Assembly: GCA_964575025.1 (NCBI GenBank)
Contig: CAZNPV010000008.1
Coordinates: 11,727 to 75,726 of the forward strand
Direction: 5' to 3'
Origin: an uncultured Mariniphaga sp.
GTDB lineage: Bacteria > Bacteroidota > Bacteroidia > Bacteroidales > Prolixibacteraceae
DNA length: 64,000 nucleotides
A model generated the notes under the pieces. That model made no database searches and was not told the origin of the DNA. It saw only the letters and a list, made by a program, of their open reading frames with translations. Positions 26,774 to 38,150 of this stretch are shown here, one piece after another (position 1 is the first letter of the stretch; each line of letters opens with the position of its first letter). Made by a program: the position numbers and the translations under genes.

Positions 26774-29404
26774 ATGAAAATTGCGTATTTTTTATGGATG
26801 TTGTTGTTGACAACATCTGTCACTGCACAGGAAATAACCCGGAGAAATTATTCTGCCACCCGTGTTGAATCATCCGACATCAGCATTGATGGAAATTTTG
26901 ATGAACTTGCCTGGAAAACTGCAAATTGGGAAGATCGTTTTGTACAGCATGAACCGGTTGAAGGGGCCCCTCCCTATCAGCAGACAGAATTTGCTCTTCT
27001 ATATGATGACAACCATATTTATGTTGCCATAAAATCGCTGGACTCAAGTCCGGACAGTATTTCCCTGAGGATGACCCGGAGGGATGTGACCGATGGTGAT
27101 CTGGTAGGTATTATTTTCGATACGTATCATGACAAGCGAACAGCTTTTGGTTTTGTGGTTTCGGCAGCCGGGGTAAAATCAGATATGGTTGAAAGCAATG
27201 ACGGGGAAACCGAAGACTTCACCTGGGATCCGATCTGGCATGTGAAAACTTCAACAACAGAGTACGGATGGAATGCGGAAATGCGGATCCCTTTAACCCA
27301 GCTCCGTTTTGATAAAGAGAAAGAGCAATTGTGGGGATTACAGGTTTTACGGTTTATTTTCAGAAAAGAGGAGATGTCAAGCTGGCAACCCATGAAGCGT
27401 GAAAAAAGCGGTTTTGTATCCCAGTTCGGAACCATGAACAACATTGTGGATATTGAACCGAAAAACAACCTGGATATCATGCCCTATGTGGTAGCTCGTA
27501 CAGACCGCTTTAAGGAGGTGGAAGGCAATCCGTTTCTTGAATCCGGGAATAAAAATAAAGTTAATATCGGTTTTGATGCAAAGATCGGATTAACCAACTA
27601 CCTCACCCTGGACCTGACGGTTAATCCCGATTTCGGACAGGTCGAAGCCGATCCGTCGGAAGTGAACCTTTCAACCTATGAAACTTTCTTTGATGAAAAA
27701 CGCCCCTTTTTTATCGAAGGAAAGAATATTCTTACCTATAAATTAAATTTCGGCGATGGCGACCTGGCCTATGATGGATTGTTCTATTCCAGACGCATTG
27801 GCCGTATGCCATCCTATAATCCTGAACTAAAAACCGGCGAATATTCCGAGATCCCTGAAGTTATCCGGATTCTGGGGGCTGCAAAAATTACCGGCAAAAC
27901 CAAATCTGGGTGGTCTGTAGGTCTCCTGGAAAGTGTAACAGCACAGGAAAAAGCCGAAATAAAAGGGATTGGTGATGGCAGAACACAAACCGTGGAACCC
28001 CTGACCAATTATTTTATAGGGCGCCTGCAGAAAGATTTTAATGATGGAAATACCTATTTCGGCGGGATGGTGACAGCTGTTAACCGGAACATCAAAGATC
28101 CCCACCTTGAATACCTCCACAAAGGGGCCTACTCAGGAGGCCTGGATCTGGTCCATAAATGGAATGACAAAAAATGGGAACTTGATGTGAGCACCTATGC
28201 CAGTCATGTCACCGGTACCCGGGAAGCCATAACCCGGACCCAGCAAGCCTACAACCGCGGATTCCAGCGCCCGGATAACGATTACCGCGACCTGGATACC
28301 ACGCGCACCTCACTCACCGGACAGGGAGGAAAAATAACCCTCTGGGAATACCAGGGAAAGCAAATGTTTTTATTTGCCATTTCATGGAAATCCCCCGGCC
28401 TCGAATTGAATGATGTGGGTTACCTGCAGGCTCCCGATGACATTATGCAGGTCTTCTGGACCGGATACCGGTTTTATAAACCTTTCCTCATTTTCCGGGA
28501 AGCAAACCTGAACCTCAATCAATGGATTAACTGGGACTGGGGAGGAACCAGAAGATACATCGGGGGAAATTTAAACGGCTACGCACAGTTCAAAAACTAC
28601 TGGAGTATGTACGGAGGATTCAATATAAGCACAGACCAGTTATCCAATACCGTCTTGCGGGGAGGTCCGGCACTAAAAACTCCGGGGTATATAAATTATA
28701 ACCTCGGCTTTAACAGCAACCAGCAGAAAAAACTTACCTTCAATGTGTCGGCTAACCGCTATTCAAGCTTTGAAAAAGATTTCAGGGAAAGCCAGAACTT
28801 CTATTTCGGCATCGGATACCGCCCGATAAAAACCCTGAGTATAAACCTTTCACCCGGGATCAATCTCCTGGAAGATAACCTGCAATACGTGACACAAAAG
28901 GATTACCATACCGGTAAACGGTATATCTTTGCCCACATCGACCGGAAAACCTTAAGTATGTCGCTCCGGATCAACTATAATATTACTCCGGACCTGTCCA
29001 TTCAGTACTGGGGACAACCCTTTGTGGCAACCGGTCAATATTCCGGTTTTAAACACATAACCAACAGCAAAGCAGATAAGGTAACCGACAGGTATCACCT
29101 GTACGATTCAGAACAGTTAACCTATGATGCTGGTTCTGAATCCTATTATGTAGATGAAAACAAGGATCGTTTAAATGATTATACCTGGGGAAAACCCGAT
29201 TTTAATGTCAAAGAGTTTATATCGAACCTGGTAGTCCGGTGGGAATACCAACCCGGGTCCACCCTGTTCCTGGTATGGACACAAAACCGGAATGGATTTA
29301 ATAATGATGGTTCCTTTGATTTCTCACGTGATTTTCAGGGGATCTTCGAGAAAGATCCCTACAATATTTTCCTGATTAAACTATCGTACCGGCTGGGAAG
29401 ATAA
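26774..29404 (+). CDS. CBM9-like/DUF5916-type large secreted (probable outer-membrane) protein
   Basis: 876 aa. Signal peptide, N-terminal DGNFDELAWKTANW... (CBM9-like), and a long Tyr/Asn/Gly-rich beta-strand region ending ...LIKLSYRLGR. Confidence 0.6.
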   Translation: MKIAYFLWMLLLTTSVTAQEITRRNYSATRVESSDISIDGNFDELAWKTANWEDRFVQHEPVEGAPPYQQTEFALLYDDNHIYVAIKSLDSSPDSISLRMTRRDVTDGDLVGIIFDTYHDKRTAFGFVVSAAGVKSDMVESNDGETEDFTWDPIWHVKTSTTEYGWNAEMRIPLTQLRFDKEKEQLWGLQVLRFIFRKEEMSSWQPMKREKSGFVSQFGTMNNIVDIEPKNNLDIMPYVVARTDRFKEVEGNPFLESGNKNKVNIGFDAKIGLTNYLTLDLTVNPDFGQVEADPSEVNLSTYETFFDEKRPFFIEGKNILTYKLNFGDGDLAYDGLFYSRRIGRMPSYNPELKTGEYSEIPEVIRILGAAKITGKTKSGWSVGLLESVTAQEKAEIKGIGDGRTQTVEPLTNYFIGRLQKDFNDGNTYFGGMVTAVNRNIKDPHLEYLHKGAYSGGLDLVHKWNDKKWELDVSTYASHVTGTREAITRTQQAYNRGFQRPDNDYRDLDTTRTSLTGQGGKITLWEYQGKQMFLFAISWKSPGLELNDVGYLQAPDDIMQVFWTGYRFYKPFLIFREANLNLNQWINWDWGGTRRYIGGNLNGYAQFKNYWSMYGGFNISTDQLSNTVLRGGPALKTPGYINYNLGFNSNQQKKLTFNVSANRYSSFEKDFRESQNFYFGIGYRPIKTLSINLSPGINLLEDNLQYVTQKDYHTGKRYIFAHIDRKTLSMSLRINYNITPDLSIQYWGQPFVATGQYSGFKHITNSKADKVTDRYHLYDSEQLTYDAGSESYYVDENKDRLNDYTWGKPDFNVKEFISNLVVRWEYQPGSTLFLVWTQNRNGFNNDGSFDFSRDFQGIFEKDPYNIFLIKLSYRLGR

Positions 29405-29409
29405 AAAAG

Positions 29410-29730
29410 TTGCTTGCACAGGATTCGTACGTATGGTATTTTTGCTATCCTGTTACGATGCAAAAAAAGAGCGATTTGATACCAATTCATGTTGAATGCC
29501 ATGCCGGGTACAAAGCCGATGAGTATCCCCGCTGTTTTTACTGGGATGCCATGCGGTTTGCGATCAAAGAGATAATAGACCGGTGGTACGAAGGAGGCCG
29601 AAGCCCGGATTTCCCGGAAGCAGATTACTTCAAAGTCCGGACAACGGATAAGAAAGTTTATGTATTGAAACACCTTATCAAAAAGGATGCCTGGTATTTG
29701 TGGATCCGGGGCGAAAGCCTGAGCCTTTAG
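29410..29730 (+). CDS. Hypothetical protein
   Basis: ORF only. A more likely start is the Met at 29458 (MQKKSDLIPIHVECHAG...). Confidence 0.4.
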   Translation: MLAQDSYVWYFCYPVTMQKKSDLIPIHVECHAGYKADEYPRCFYWDAMRFAIKEIIDRWYEGGRSPDFPEADYFKVRTTDKKVYVLKHLIKKDAWYLWIRGESLSL

Positions 29731-29759
29731 TCAGTGACCGGAAGGTTGCCTTTAAAAAC

Positions 29760-32393
29760 TCATTCCACTCCGGTCTCTTTGCCGGTCACCCTGAAGCGGC
29801 CTGAGACAACGCCGGTTGTATGAGCATCGGCACTTCCGGTAAATCCCGGTTGTTTTCCACCCACAGACACTGCAAACCAGCCTGGTTCGATCACCCTGTC
29901 ATCGTTCTTGTTAATCATCGACAATTGGCGGGGTTCGAGGACAAATTTCACCTCTTTCGCTTCCCCTGCTTCCAAATAAATTCGTTGAAAACCTTCCAGT
30001 TGCCTTACAGGGCGGGGTGTAGAAGCTTCTTCATCGGTAATGTAAAGCTGAACCACCTCTTCTCCTGCAACTTTCCCTGTATTTTTTACTTTTACAGCAA
30101 CGGGAACCGGCTCGCCGGCTTTTATTCTCCCTGGAACAATCAGATCCGTATATTCAAACGTGGTATAACTCAATCCGAAGCCAAAGGGATAGAGGGGTTC
30201 ACCCCTGAAATACCTGTAGGTTCTGCCTTCCATAGCATACGCTTCAAAAGGAGGCAACTGATCTACTGATTTATAATACGTTACAGGCAATCTCCCTGCC
30301 GGATTGCAATCGCCTGACAACACATCGGCAACCGCGTTTCCTCCCTGTTCACCGGGATAACCTGCCAGCATAATGGCGTGGATATTTTCGTTTTCCCAGT
30401 TCAGGGCCAGGGCACTGCCATTCATCAGAACCAGCACAACCGGTTTGCCTGTTTGAATCATTGCTTTCATCAGATCACGTTGCTCTTCAGGAAGCCTCAG
30501 ATGCGTCCGGTCGCCTCCTCTGAATCCGTCGATCTCCATTTCCATCTCTTCACCTTCAAGTCGTTGCGACAATCCCATAACCAGGATTACCGCATCGGCT
30601 TCCTCTGCCGTTTTTACCGCATCCTCCAGCATATTGGGATTGGGCATGGACCAGAGCAACCGGACATCGCCTTCCCCGAACCAGTTCTTATATTCATACA
30701 CAAGGGGGTATTTCACCCCGGCTTCCAGATACACCTCTTTTTCGTGATGGTTTCCATGATGGATTGACGTATGTGTCAGTATTTCTTCCCCGCCAAGCTT
30801 TACGGACAATCCGGGCATTCCCCAGCAACCCATGGCATAATTTCCCGACACCGGAGGCACGAGGTACCCGGTCCAGCGGATGCTGAAATTGTCGACAGGC
30901 AGTTCCGGAGAAGGAGAACCGGCTTCCCAGTAAAAATTGATCTGATCATCGATACGGGTCATCACCGGATCACCTGTCAGTTCCGCATTGGCGAAATATT
31001 CGCCACGCAAGCCCTGTCGCCCATCCGGGGTCTGCAAATACACCGAAGGAACCGGTTTCAGGTTGTGTACTCCCTCTGCCAGATGGCATCCTTCGGCATA
31101 CACTATTTCTGTGGCAGGCTCGAATTTGTTTTTTAAGCCCTCAAGGATGGTGACCGGATGGAGGGATATCCCATGGTAATTTCCAACCAACGCTTCCCAG
31201 TTATCCGCATTGGGCCCGATCACTGCCATTCGTTTTATATCTTTTGAAAGAGGAAGAATAGCCTCTTTATTCTTCAGGAGCACAATACTTTTTTTCGCAG
31301 CTTCACGTGCCAGGGTGGAATGGATCTGAGAAGTAACCACAGAATAAGGAATCCGGGCATACGGATTTATTTCTTCCGGGTCAAACATTCCTAGTTTGAA
31401 GCGGGCTGTAAACAGCCTTTTCACCGAAACATCAATTTCCTCTTCTTTAATCAATCCGCGTTCTACTGCCTCCAGAAGCGAAGGATACGATTCTCCGCAA
31501 TTCAGGTCGGTTCCGGTTTTCACCGCTATGGCAGCGGCTTCTGCTGCATCGTCGGAGAAATCCTGAAAGGTATAAAAATCAGAGATCGCCCAGCAATCAG
31601 AAACCACATACCCTTCAAATCCCCACTCTTCTCTGAGAATCTTAAAAAGCAGCGGACTGGCACAACAGGGATATCCATAAAGCTGGTTGTAAGCTCCCAT
31701 AACAGAATAGGCGCCCCCTTCAGCGACCAGTGTGCGGAATGCAGGAAGGTACGTTTCGAAGAGATCTCTTTTGCTGACTGTTGCATTAAATTCATGCCGC
31801 AGAGGTTCAGGACCTGAGTGAACGGCATAATGTTTGGCGGTAGCTACTGTTTTCAGGTATTCCGGATGATCGCCCTGGAGTCCTTTAACAAACTGAAGCC
31901 CCATTTGCCCGGTCAGATACGGATCTTCGCCATAGGTTTCATGCCCCCGGCCCCACCGGGGATCCCGGAAAATATTGACATTGGGAGACCAGAAAGTCAA
32001 TCCACGGTAAATACCCCGAACTCCCTGTCTGAGCGATTCGTGGTGTTTGGCACGGGCTTCATCAGAAATGGCAGTAGCTACCCGCAACATCAGATTCCGG
32101 TCCCACGAACCGGCAATGGTTATCGATTGAGGAAAGACGGTGGCATACCCGGCCCTGGCAACCCCGTGCAGGCTTTCATTCCACCAATTGTACTCAGGAA
32201 CCCCGAGCCTTTCAATGGCCGGAGCCTCATACGACATCTGCCCGATCTTCTCTTCAAGCGTCATGGCTGAAACAAGGCGGGTTACACGCTCTTCAACAGA
32301 AAGTGAATAATCCTGATAAATCCGGTCCTGAGCCATAAGAGAAATGGCATAAAAGAAAAGAAACGGGGTAAGAATAAATTTTTTTACTTGCAT
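29760..32393 (-). CDS. Glycoside hydrolase family 3 (beta-glucosidase/beta-xylosidase) with inserted PA14 domain
   Basis: 877 aa. Signal peptide, GH3 motifs ([19 protein letters not shown]), and a PA14-like insert (GLRGEYFAN...FSIRWTGYL). Confidence 0.9.
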   Translation of the reverse strand: MQVKKFILTPFLFFYAISLMAQDRIYQDYSLSVEERVTRLVSAMTLEEKIGQMSYEAPAIERLGVPEYNWWNESLHGVARAGYATVFPQSITIAGSWDRNLMLRVATAISDEARAKHHESLRQGVRGIYRGLTFWSPNVNIFRDPRWGRGHETYGEDPYLTGQMGLQFVKGLQGDHPEYLKTVATAKHYAVHSGPEPLRHEFNATVSKRDLFETYLPAFRTLVAEGGAYSVMGAYNQLYGYPCCASPLLFKILREEWGFEGYVVSDCWAISDFYTFQDFSDDAAEAAAIAVKTGTDLNCGESYPSLLEAVERGLIKEEEIDVSVKRLFTARFKLGMFDPEEINPYARIPYSVVTSQIHSTLAREAAKKSIVLLKNKEAILPLSKDIKRMAVIGPNADNWEALVGNYHGISLHPVTILEGLKNKFEPATEIVYAEGCHLAEGVHNLKPVPSVYLQTPDGRQGLRGEYFANAELTGDPVMTRIDDQINFYWEAGSPSPELPVDNFSIRWTGYLVPPVSGNYAMGCWGMPGLSVKLGGEEILTHTSIHHGNHHEKEVYLEAGVKYPLVYEYKNWFGEGDVRLLWSMPNPNMLEDAVKTAEEADAVILVMGLSQRLEGEEMEMEIDGFRGGDRTHLRLPEEQRDLMKAMIQTGKPVVLVLMNGSALALNWENENIHAIMLAGYPGEQGGNAVADVLSGDCNPAGRLPVTYYKSVDQLPPFEAYAMEGRTYRYFRGEPLYPFGFGLSYTTFEYTDLIVPGRIKAGEPVPVAVKVKNTGKVAGEEVVQLYITDEEASTPRPVRQLEGFQRIYLEAGEAKEVKFVLEPRQLSMINKNDDRVIEPGWFAVSVGGKQPGFTGSADAHTTGVVSGRFRVTGKETGVE

Positions 32394-32484
32394 ATAATTA
32401 ATTTAAAACACTGGCTTTCTTTATAATAAACATCAGCATCGCCACAGATTGATTTTGTTTGTTCCTCTCTTTCACCGGGTACAA

Positions 32485-34404
32485 TCAACACGTCAGAGCT
32501 TTGGCATAGGCTTCATCGTAGAATTTTCTCAGGTTGCGCCAGCCAAACTGCAGGGATGCCTCCTCCGATTTATACCGCAGGGAGATCCTTTCTCTCCGGT
32601 CCAGTTTAACAAAACCGAAAAGGACGTTGGCCAGATCTTCAGCCGAATCATGAAAACTCTTATCTCTTCTTCTCAGGATAAAAACGCCCATTTCCGCATG
32701 ATCAGGGACGTACTTCATCACATAATCGCCAAATCCTGACAGGTCACTGGTTATAGCCGGAATACCGCTGGCCAGGCATTCCAGGGGTGTGTAGCCCCAT
32801 GGCTCGTAGTAACTGGGGAAGATGCCCATATGGCATCCCCTCACAAACTGGTGATAATCCATGTTAAACAGAGGATTTGAAGCCGCAACAAAATCAGGAT
32901 GGTAGACGACCTTGACCCGGTCGTGCCGGTTGTTCACCAGGTTGGCCGACCGCAGGAAATTCAACACCTCGTCTTTTGAGTCATCTGTCAGGTTGTGGGT
33001 AACAACGGTGGGCAGTTCCCTGGATTTCCATCCCTGAACCAACCTTCGGAGTTTATACCGTTCATATTCATCAACCATTTTTGTTAAATCAGGCAAAACA
33101 GCAACGTTATTGCTTGAAGTTATTTCCTTATATAACCGTTCTCCCACCTGGTTTTTAATATCCTCACAAACATTCTTGATCTCCTCCATCTGAGCCCTTG
33201 ATTCGAGAACTCCCGGATTAAACGAATGGAACGGCCGTTTGGTGATAAAAAAAGTCACCACCGTCCGGTCGAGGTTGGCCTGCTGCATTTTCCAGTTCAG
33301 ACGCGCCAGGGCTTCCAGGGTCAGATCATACCCTTTGTTATGGTATTCATACCTTCCTGATGTCGTGAAATAGATGGTTTTATCCAGGTCGAATGAATAA
33401 CTTTGAAAGAAATGGCCTCTGACAAATTCATTGATCTTTTCCTTGTATTCCAGGTGAAGCGTTTGCATATGATGGATCACCTCAAACCGCTTGATGTTAA
33501 TTCCGTTGGGCAGAATCAAATCCGGTTTCCGTCCCAGCAGATGTTCACATTCGCGCGCGGTAAGTTCACTCACCGTAGTAAATACATGGGCACCATGGGC
33601 CGCCGCTCTTTCAAACTGGGCAATGGACATTACATTGAATTTCTTTGCTTCAGTTTCCCAGTTGTAAAACGACAGATGGTCATAAAAACGGGGATCGTTC
33701 ATGGCCAGGTATCTGCCCAGCAAGGTAGCATGGGTAGTAAATACCAGCTTCATTTTCAGGTTTTCACGCCGCAATTCCGGGATAGCCACTCCTGCCATCC
33801 ATTCATGAAAATGGGCTATTATATTAGCTTCCAGCACATTCCCATAACACAACCGTTTAAAAAACTCCTCCATCATATACCCAAAAGCAGCAATCTCATC
33901 AAGCATTTTATCCTGTGGTGGCAAGGCAATGCTATGATGCTCCCACAATTCATATTTGATTCTGTCCAATTGGGGAAACACCGAATAAATGTTGAACAGA
34001 ATAACCCTGGGTTTTCCGGAAACCAGCCAGTTGCCGTAATATACATCAAACCCTTCGTCATTCATTCCCTGAACCATTCGAAAGAGGGGGTCTGCATCGT
34101 CCGTAATCGGATCCACCATTATGTCCGTCTGCTCCTTAAAATACGGCCCCAGGAGGCAGTAGTTGTCGCCTCCCCATTTATCGATCACCGAAGGCACTTT
34201 GGATCGAATAACCGTATGAATGCCCCCTACCGGATTGCATACCTCCCAGGCACATTCAAACAAAAAAGAATCTGTAAACAGAGGAACCTGTTTTTCTTCT
34301 TCCGGTTCTGCACTTTTGCTTCGTTTCATAGTACAAGCTGATTGGTTTGAACTCTGTTTCATGAATGATTCTCTAAATATAGAGGGAAAGAAAGATTTTA
34401 GCAA
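32485..34404 (-). CDS. GT3-type (eukaryote-like) glycogen synthase
   Basis: 639 aa. FECAWEVCNPVGGIHTVIRSK is typical of GT3 glycogen synthases found in Bacteroidota. The true start may be an internal Met. Confidence 0.8.
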   Translation of the reverse strand: MLKSFFPSIFRESFMKQSSNQSACTMKRSKSAEPEEEKQVPLFTDSFLFECAWEVCNPVGGIHTVIRSKVPSVIDKWGGDNYCLLGPYFKEQTDIMVDPITDDADPLFRMVQGMNDEGFDVYYGNWLVSGKPRVILFNIYSVFPQLDRIKYELWEHHSIALPPQDKMLDEIAAFGYMMEEFFKRLCYGNVLEANIIAHFHEWMAGVAIPELRRENLKMKLVFTTHATLLGRYLAMNDPRFYDHLSFYNWETEAKKFNVMSIAQFERAAAHGAHVFTTVSELTARECEHLLGRKPDLILPNGINIKRFEVIHHMQTLHLEYKEKINEFVRGHFFQSYSFDLDKTIYFTTSGRYEYHNKGYDLTLEALARLNWKMQQANLDRTVVTFFITKRPFHSFNPGVLESRAQMEEIKNVCEDIKNQVGERLYKEITSSNNVAVLPDLTKMVDEYERYKLRRLVQGWKSRELPTVVTHNLTDDSKDEVLNFLRSANLVNNRHDRVKVVYHPDFVAASNPLFNMDYHQFVRGCHMGIFPSYYEPWGYTPLECLASGIPAITSDLSGFGDYVMKYVPDHAEMGVFILRRRDKSFHDSAEDLANVLFGFVKLDRRERISLRYKSEEASLQFGWRNLRKFYDEAYAKALTC

Positions 34405-34485
34405 TGATTACATCCTGTTTTTAAACTAAAACAGCAATAAAAAGAATCCTGACCTTACCGGTTTTTAGTATACAATATGCTGTAA

Positions 34486-34998
34486 AACATACCTTTTCCG
34501 GGGTATGTAGGCGAAAATGCCGTATTTTCACCAACAGTTAATACAGAAGAGGAAGGGTTTTTCTTTGCCAAAATAAACAAAGAAGGGGTCTTTGAATTTG
34601 CTAATTCATATTACACCGGAGAGACTGATCACGAATTCTCCACAGGCTATGTTGCTTGCGATAAAAGCGGAAACCTATATTTTACCACCAGCCACTTTAT
34701 ACCCCTTTCGCTTGGCACCCAAATTCTCAGACAGGAACTAAATCCCCTGGTTAAAATATATCCCAATCCCTGCAACAGCATACTAACTATCGGATATATT
34801 TCGGGCACGACCGGGATGGTAGATATCCGGATTTATGATTTCATGGGACAGAAAATATATGAAATACAAAAAAATGCCGTACAGGGAAACAACAACTACT
34901 ATCTCAATTTATCGCATCTGCAACCAGGTTTGTATATCTTTTCAATTGCACAAGGGCAAAAAACGGTGGCGACACAGAAATTTATAAAAGAGAATTAA
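34486..34998 (+). pseudogene. 5'-truncated remnant of a T9SS cargo protein (retains the C-terminal sorting domain)
   Basis: The frame is open for 171 codons from the stop at 34483-34485, but has no ATG, GTG or TTG before 34816. The C-terminus KIYPNPCNSILTIGY...LYIFSI...QKFIKEN is a T9SS type-A CTD. No signal peptide. Confidence 0.65.
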
Positions 34999-37931
34999 TC
35001 CTCCAGGTTCCGGTTTTCAATTCGTTCCAGTTTACTTACCCCAATGCTGATAAACCCGAATTCCTCCACGACCTTTCCATGAATAATATAGCATCCCGGC
35101 CCCTGAAACGGATATTTCTTTAGCGATGGCGGAAAGTGAACCGTATCCATCCAGTTTCCGTCCCGGTCGATCCAGGTACCAAAATACATAAGCCGGCCGT
35201 TAGCGGTTCGTGTGGGCTTCCGGTGGACCAGGTACCCTTCCATCACAATGTTCTTCCCTGTCAGTTGCGGTAAATCAGACGATCGGGTTGTTGTTATGGG
35301 GTGTTCTTTCAGGATCTCAAAGGGAGAGATCAATGCGAATCCCAACAGTTCTATTTCATCGAATGCATCTTCCAGTTCATGTTTCCACAGCTCAGGCAGT
35401 TTGGCATTCTTCACCTCCGGATTAAAAAGGGCAGGTCCGGGTCGGGTCTTTTTTGCATGTCCCAGCCGCTTATGGGCCTCCCAGAGCAGCTTCTTTTTGT
35501 CGATTCCTGTAAAACGGAAAGCTCCGATGCGCAGCAAAAGAATCAACTGTTCCAGGGAAACCGGTACGCGTTCGGTAAAATCTCCCAGATCGCTGAAGGC
35601 TCCTTCGACCCCCCTTGCTTTAAGAATTTTCTCCCCGGTTTCCCGTTCCAGTTGTTTGAGCAGTCCGAAACCCAGGAAAATGGTATTTCCTTCGATGCGG
35701 TTCAGCCAGTCGCTTCTGTTCACACAGGGGGCTTCGATGGTAGCTCCCAGTTTTCGTGCTTCATGCACATAGAGTTCAAAACGGTAAAATCCACCGCCGT
35801 TGTTCAGGGTTGCCACCATATATTCCAGCGGGTAATATGCCTTTAGAAACAAGGCCTGAAAACTCTCTACGGCATAGCTTGCCGAATGCCCTTTGGCAAA
35901 TGCATAATTGGCAAAGCTTTCGATCTGTTTCCAGATCTCCTCAACCATCGTTTCCCGGTATTTCCTTGCCCGGCAGTTTTCAAAAAACCGTTTTTTCACG
36001 CTTTGAAAATCATTCCGTTGCCGGTATTTCCATGACATACCCCGGCGTAACACATCGGCTTCATCGAGTGTCAGTCCTGCAAAATAATGGGCTACTTTGA
36101 TCACATCTTCCTGATAGACCATCACCCCATAGGTTTCTTCCAGGATTGTATACAGTTCAGGCAATGCCTGTCTGGCTTTTTCGCGTCTTTCCGGATGTTG
36201 AAACCGGAGAATGTATTCGCGCATCATTCCGCTGCCGGCAACCCCCGGCCGGATAATGGAGCTGGCAGCAACCAGGCTTTTGTAATCATCGGCTTTCAGC
36301 TTGGTGAGGAGCATCCGCATCGCCGGCGATTCAATATAAAAACATCCGATGGCATTCCCCGTCTTAAGAAGGCTCTTCACCCGGGGGTCCTCTTTAAAGC
36401 GTTTGATGTTGTTGATATCAATGGTTACGCCTCTGTTTATACGGATAATCTCCAGGGCATCCTTGATTTTTCCCAATCCGCGTTGACTCAGGATATCAAA
36501 TTTATACAACCCGATATCTTCTGCCACCACCATATCAAACTGGGTGGAAGGAAATCCCTTGGGAAGCATTTCCGTTGCCGTATAATTCCGGATGGGTTTT
36601 TCAGAAATCAGAATGCCGCTGGCATGGATGCTGCAATGGTTTGGAAATCCGGAAATATAGCGGCTGTACCGGATGACCCACTCCCTGTACTCCCCCGCCT
36701 TTGGGGAATCGGGATCCTTCTGAAGTTCCACGATCTCCTCATCGGGGAGGCCAAACACTTTGCCGACCTCCCGGACAGCAGACTTATGGTTATAGGTTAT
36801 ATAGGTACCCAGCAAGGCCGTATATTCATATCCGTAGGTTTCAAAAATATAGCGGGTTATGTCATCCCGGTCGGCCCATGAAAAATCAATGTCAAAATCG
36901 GGAGGCGATGTACGATACGGATTGATAAACCGTTCGAAGTAAAGATCCAGTTCAATGGGATCTACATTGGTTATCCGCAACAAATAAGCCACCAGGCTAT
37001 TGGCTCCACTACCCCGCCCTACATAAAAATAGTTCTTTTGCTGTGCATACCCGATAATATCCCGGTTGATCAGAAAATAAGAACAAAACCCCATCTTCCG
37101 GATGGCCCGCAGTTCTTTGTCCAAACGGTCTTTCACTTCCTGACCCGGATGCTCATACCGGTAAGTCAATCCCTTTTCACACTCTTTTTTGAGCAATGCA
37201 AAATCTTCATCTTCCGAGACCGTATAAAAACGTTTGTTTTTATTTTCCCCGAAACGGAATTCCATTGCGCAGCTTTTCAGAAGAGTTTGGGTATTTTCTA
37301 TGATCTCAGGATAGGCAGCAAACCGGTTCAGCAATTCCTCTTTGGGAATAAACCGGTCGTGCATCGACGCCTGTTCCGATGCAGGCAGTTTGCTCAACAG
37401 CGTATGGTTGCCTATGGCCCGGAGCACCCGGTGAATGTTATAATCCCGTTTATGCCGGAAAAGGGCATTTTGGAAAATCACCAGTTTGGAGTGCTTTTCT
37501 TTCCAGCCACTAAAAGGCAATGTATTCAGTGCTTCAGGACCCACGCCGATAAATTCGTGCCTTTTCAGGTTCCTTTTCTGAGAAGCAAAGGGATAAATAA
37601 AGAAAACATGCCTGCAATCAGGAGCCTCTTCCGGAAAATCCTTTTTTGCATGCAGGTGTTCCGACAGATACTCGTTCAGTTCCCTGAATCCCTCCTCATT
37701 TCGGGCAATCCCCACAAATTGTTGCTTCACACCGTTTCTGAAATCGATACCCAAAACAGGACGTATTCCAGATTCCGGAGCCCGGCGTACAAACTCCAGG
37801 CATGCCGACGTGTTATTGATATCCGTTAAAACAGCCGTTGAATAGCCCCCGGATGAAACCTCCTGTAATACCTCCTCAACAGAAAGCGTCCCGCAGGAAA
37901 AGCTGTAATATGTATGACAGGCAAGAAACAA
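34995..37931 (-). CDS. dnaE2: DnaE2-like second DNA polymerase III alpha paralog (putative error-prone polymerase)
   Basis: 978 aa. N-terminal PHP domain (CHTYYSFSCGT...VLTDINN), Pol III alpha core, shorter than replicative DnaE. Confidence 0.75.
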   Translation of the reverse strand: MFLACHTYYSFSCGTLSVEEVLQEVSSGGYSTAVLTDINNTSACLEFVRRAPESGIRPVLGIDFRNGVKQQFVGIARNEEGFRELNEYLSEHLHAKKDFPEEAPDCRHVFFIYPFASQKRNLKRHEFIGVGPEALNTLPFSGWKEKHSKLVIFQNALFRHKRDYNIHRVLRAIGNHTLLSKLPASEQASMHDRFIPKEELLNRFAAYPEIIENTQTLLKSCAMEFRFGENKNKRFYTVSEDEDFALLKKECEKGLTYRYEHPGQEVKDRLDKELRAIRKMGFCSYFLINRDIIGYAQQKNYFYVGRGSGANSLVAYLLRITNVDPIELDLYFERFINPYRTSPPDFDIDFSWADRDDITRYIFETYGYEYTALLGTYITYNHKSAVREVGKVFGLPDEEIVELQKDPDSPKAGEYREWVIRYSRYISGFPNHCSIHASGILISEKPIRNYTATEMLPKGFPSTQFDMVVAEDIGLYKFDILSQRGLGKIKDALEIIRINRGVTIDINNIKRFKEDPRVKSLLKTGNAIGCFYIESPAMRMLLTKLKADDYKSLVAASSIIRPGVAGSGMMREYILRFQHPERREKARQALPELYTILEETYGVMVYQEDVIKVAHYFAGLTLDEADVLRRGMSWKYRQRNDFQSVKKRFFENCRARKYRETMVEEIWKQIESFANYAFAKGHSASYAVESFQALFLKAYYPLEYMVATLNNGGGFYRFELYVHEARKLGATIEAPCVNRSDWLNRIEGNTIFLGFGLLKQLERETGEKILKARGVEGAFSDLGDFTERVPVSLEQLILLLRIGAFRFTGIDKKKLLWEAHKRLGHAKKTRPGPALFNPEVKNAKLPELWKHELEDAFDEIELLGFALISPFEILKEHPITTTRSSDLPQLTGKNIVMEGYLVHRKPTRTANGRLMYFGTWIDRDGNWMDTVHFPPSLKKYPFQGPGCYIIHGKVVEEFGFISIGVSKLERIENRNLED

Positions 37932-38100
37932 ACCGATATTCTGAATAGTAATTACACAAAAGTAACCATACTAAAGTTTCGCACTTCTATTAAAAATCGT
38001 ATTCTGATGCTATTTATAAATTGATAAAATTAATAAGGTATGTGAAATCTAAATTTTATAGATTCTCTTTCTACCTGATTTTTTGTGAATTTTAGTGAAT

Positions 38101-38150
38101 TCGTGTTTTTGTGGCTATAAATTTTTCGCCACCAGGGCACAAAAACACGA
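38101..38150. repeat. Perfect 13-bp inverted repeat TCGTGTTTTTGTG-N24-CACAAAAACACGA, part of an intergenic repeat element
   Basis: Arms at 38101-38113 and 38138-38150. The flanking TTTTCAAACAGCTTC (38175-38189) is shared with the element at 56194-56208. Confidence 0.85.

Noticed and set aside
33403-34341. 312-aa plus-strand ORF antisense to glycogen synthase
   Set aside because: It is a shadow ORF inside a confidently identified GT3 glycogen synthase gene and has no recognisable motifs.
35212-37829. Several 180-264-aa plus-strand ORFs inside the dnaE2-like gene
   Set aside because: They are antisense shadow ORFs with Arg/Ser/Pro/Phe-rich composition. The minus-strand product has clear PHP and Pol III alpha motifs.
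38079-38105. TTGTGAATTTTAGTGAATTCGTG as a possible Rex operator
   Set aside because: Only one half-site resembles TTGTGAA, and the second half is not the inverted TTCACAA. It looks like part of the repeat element instead.
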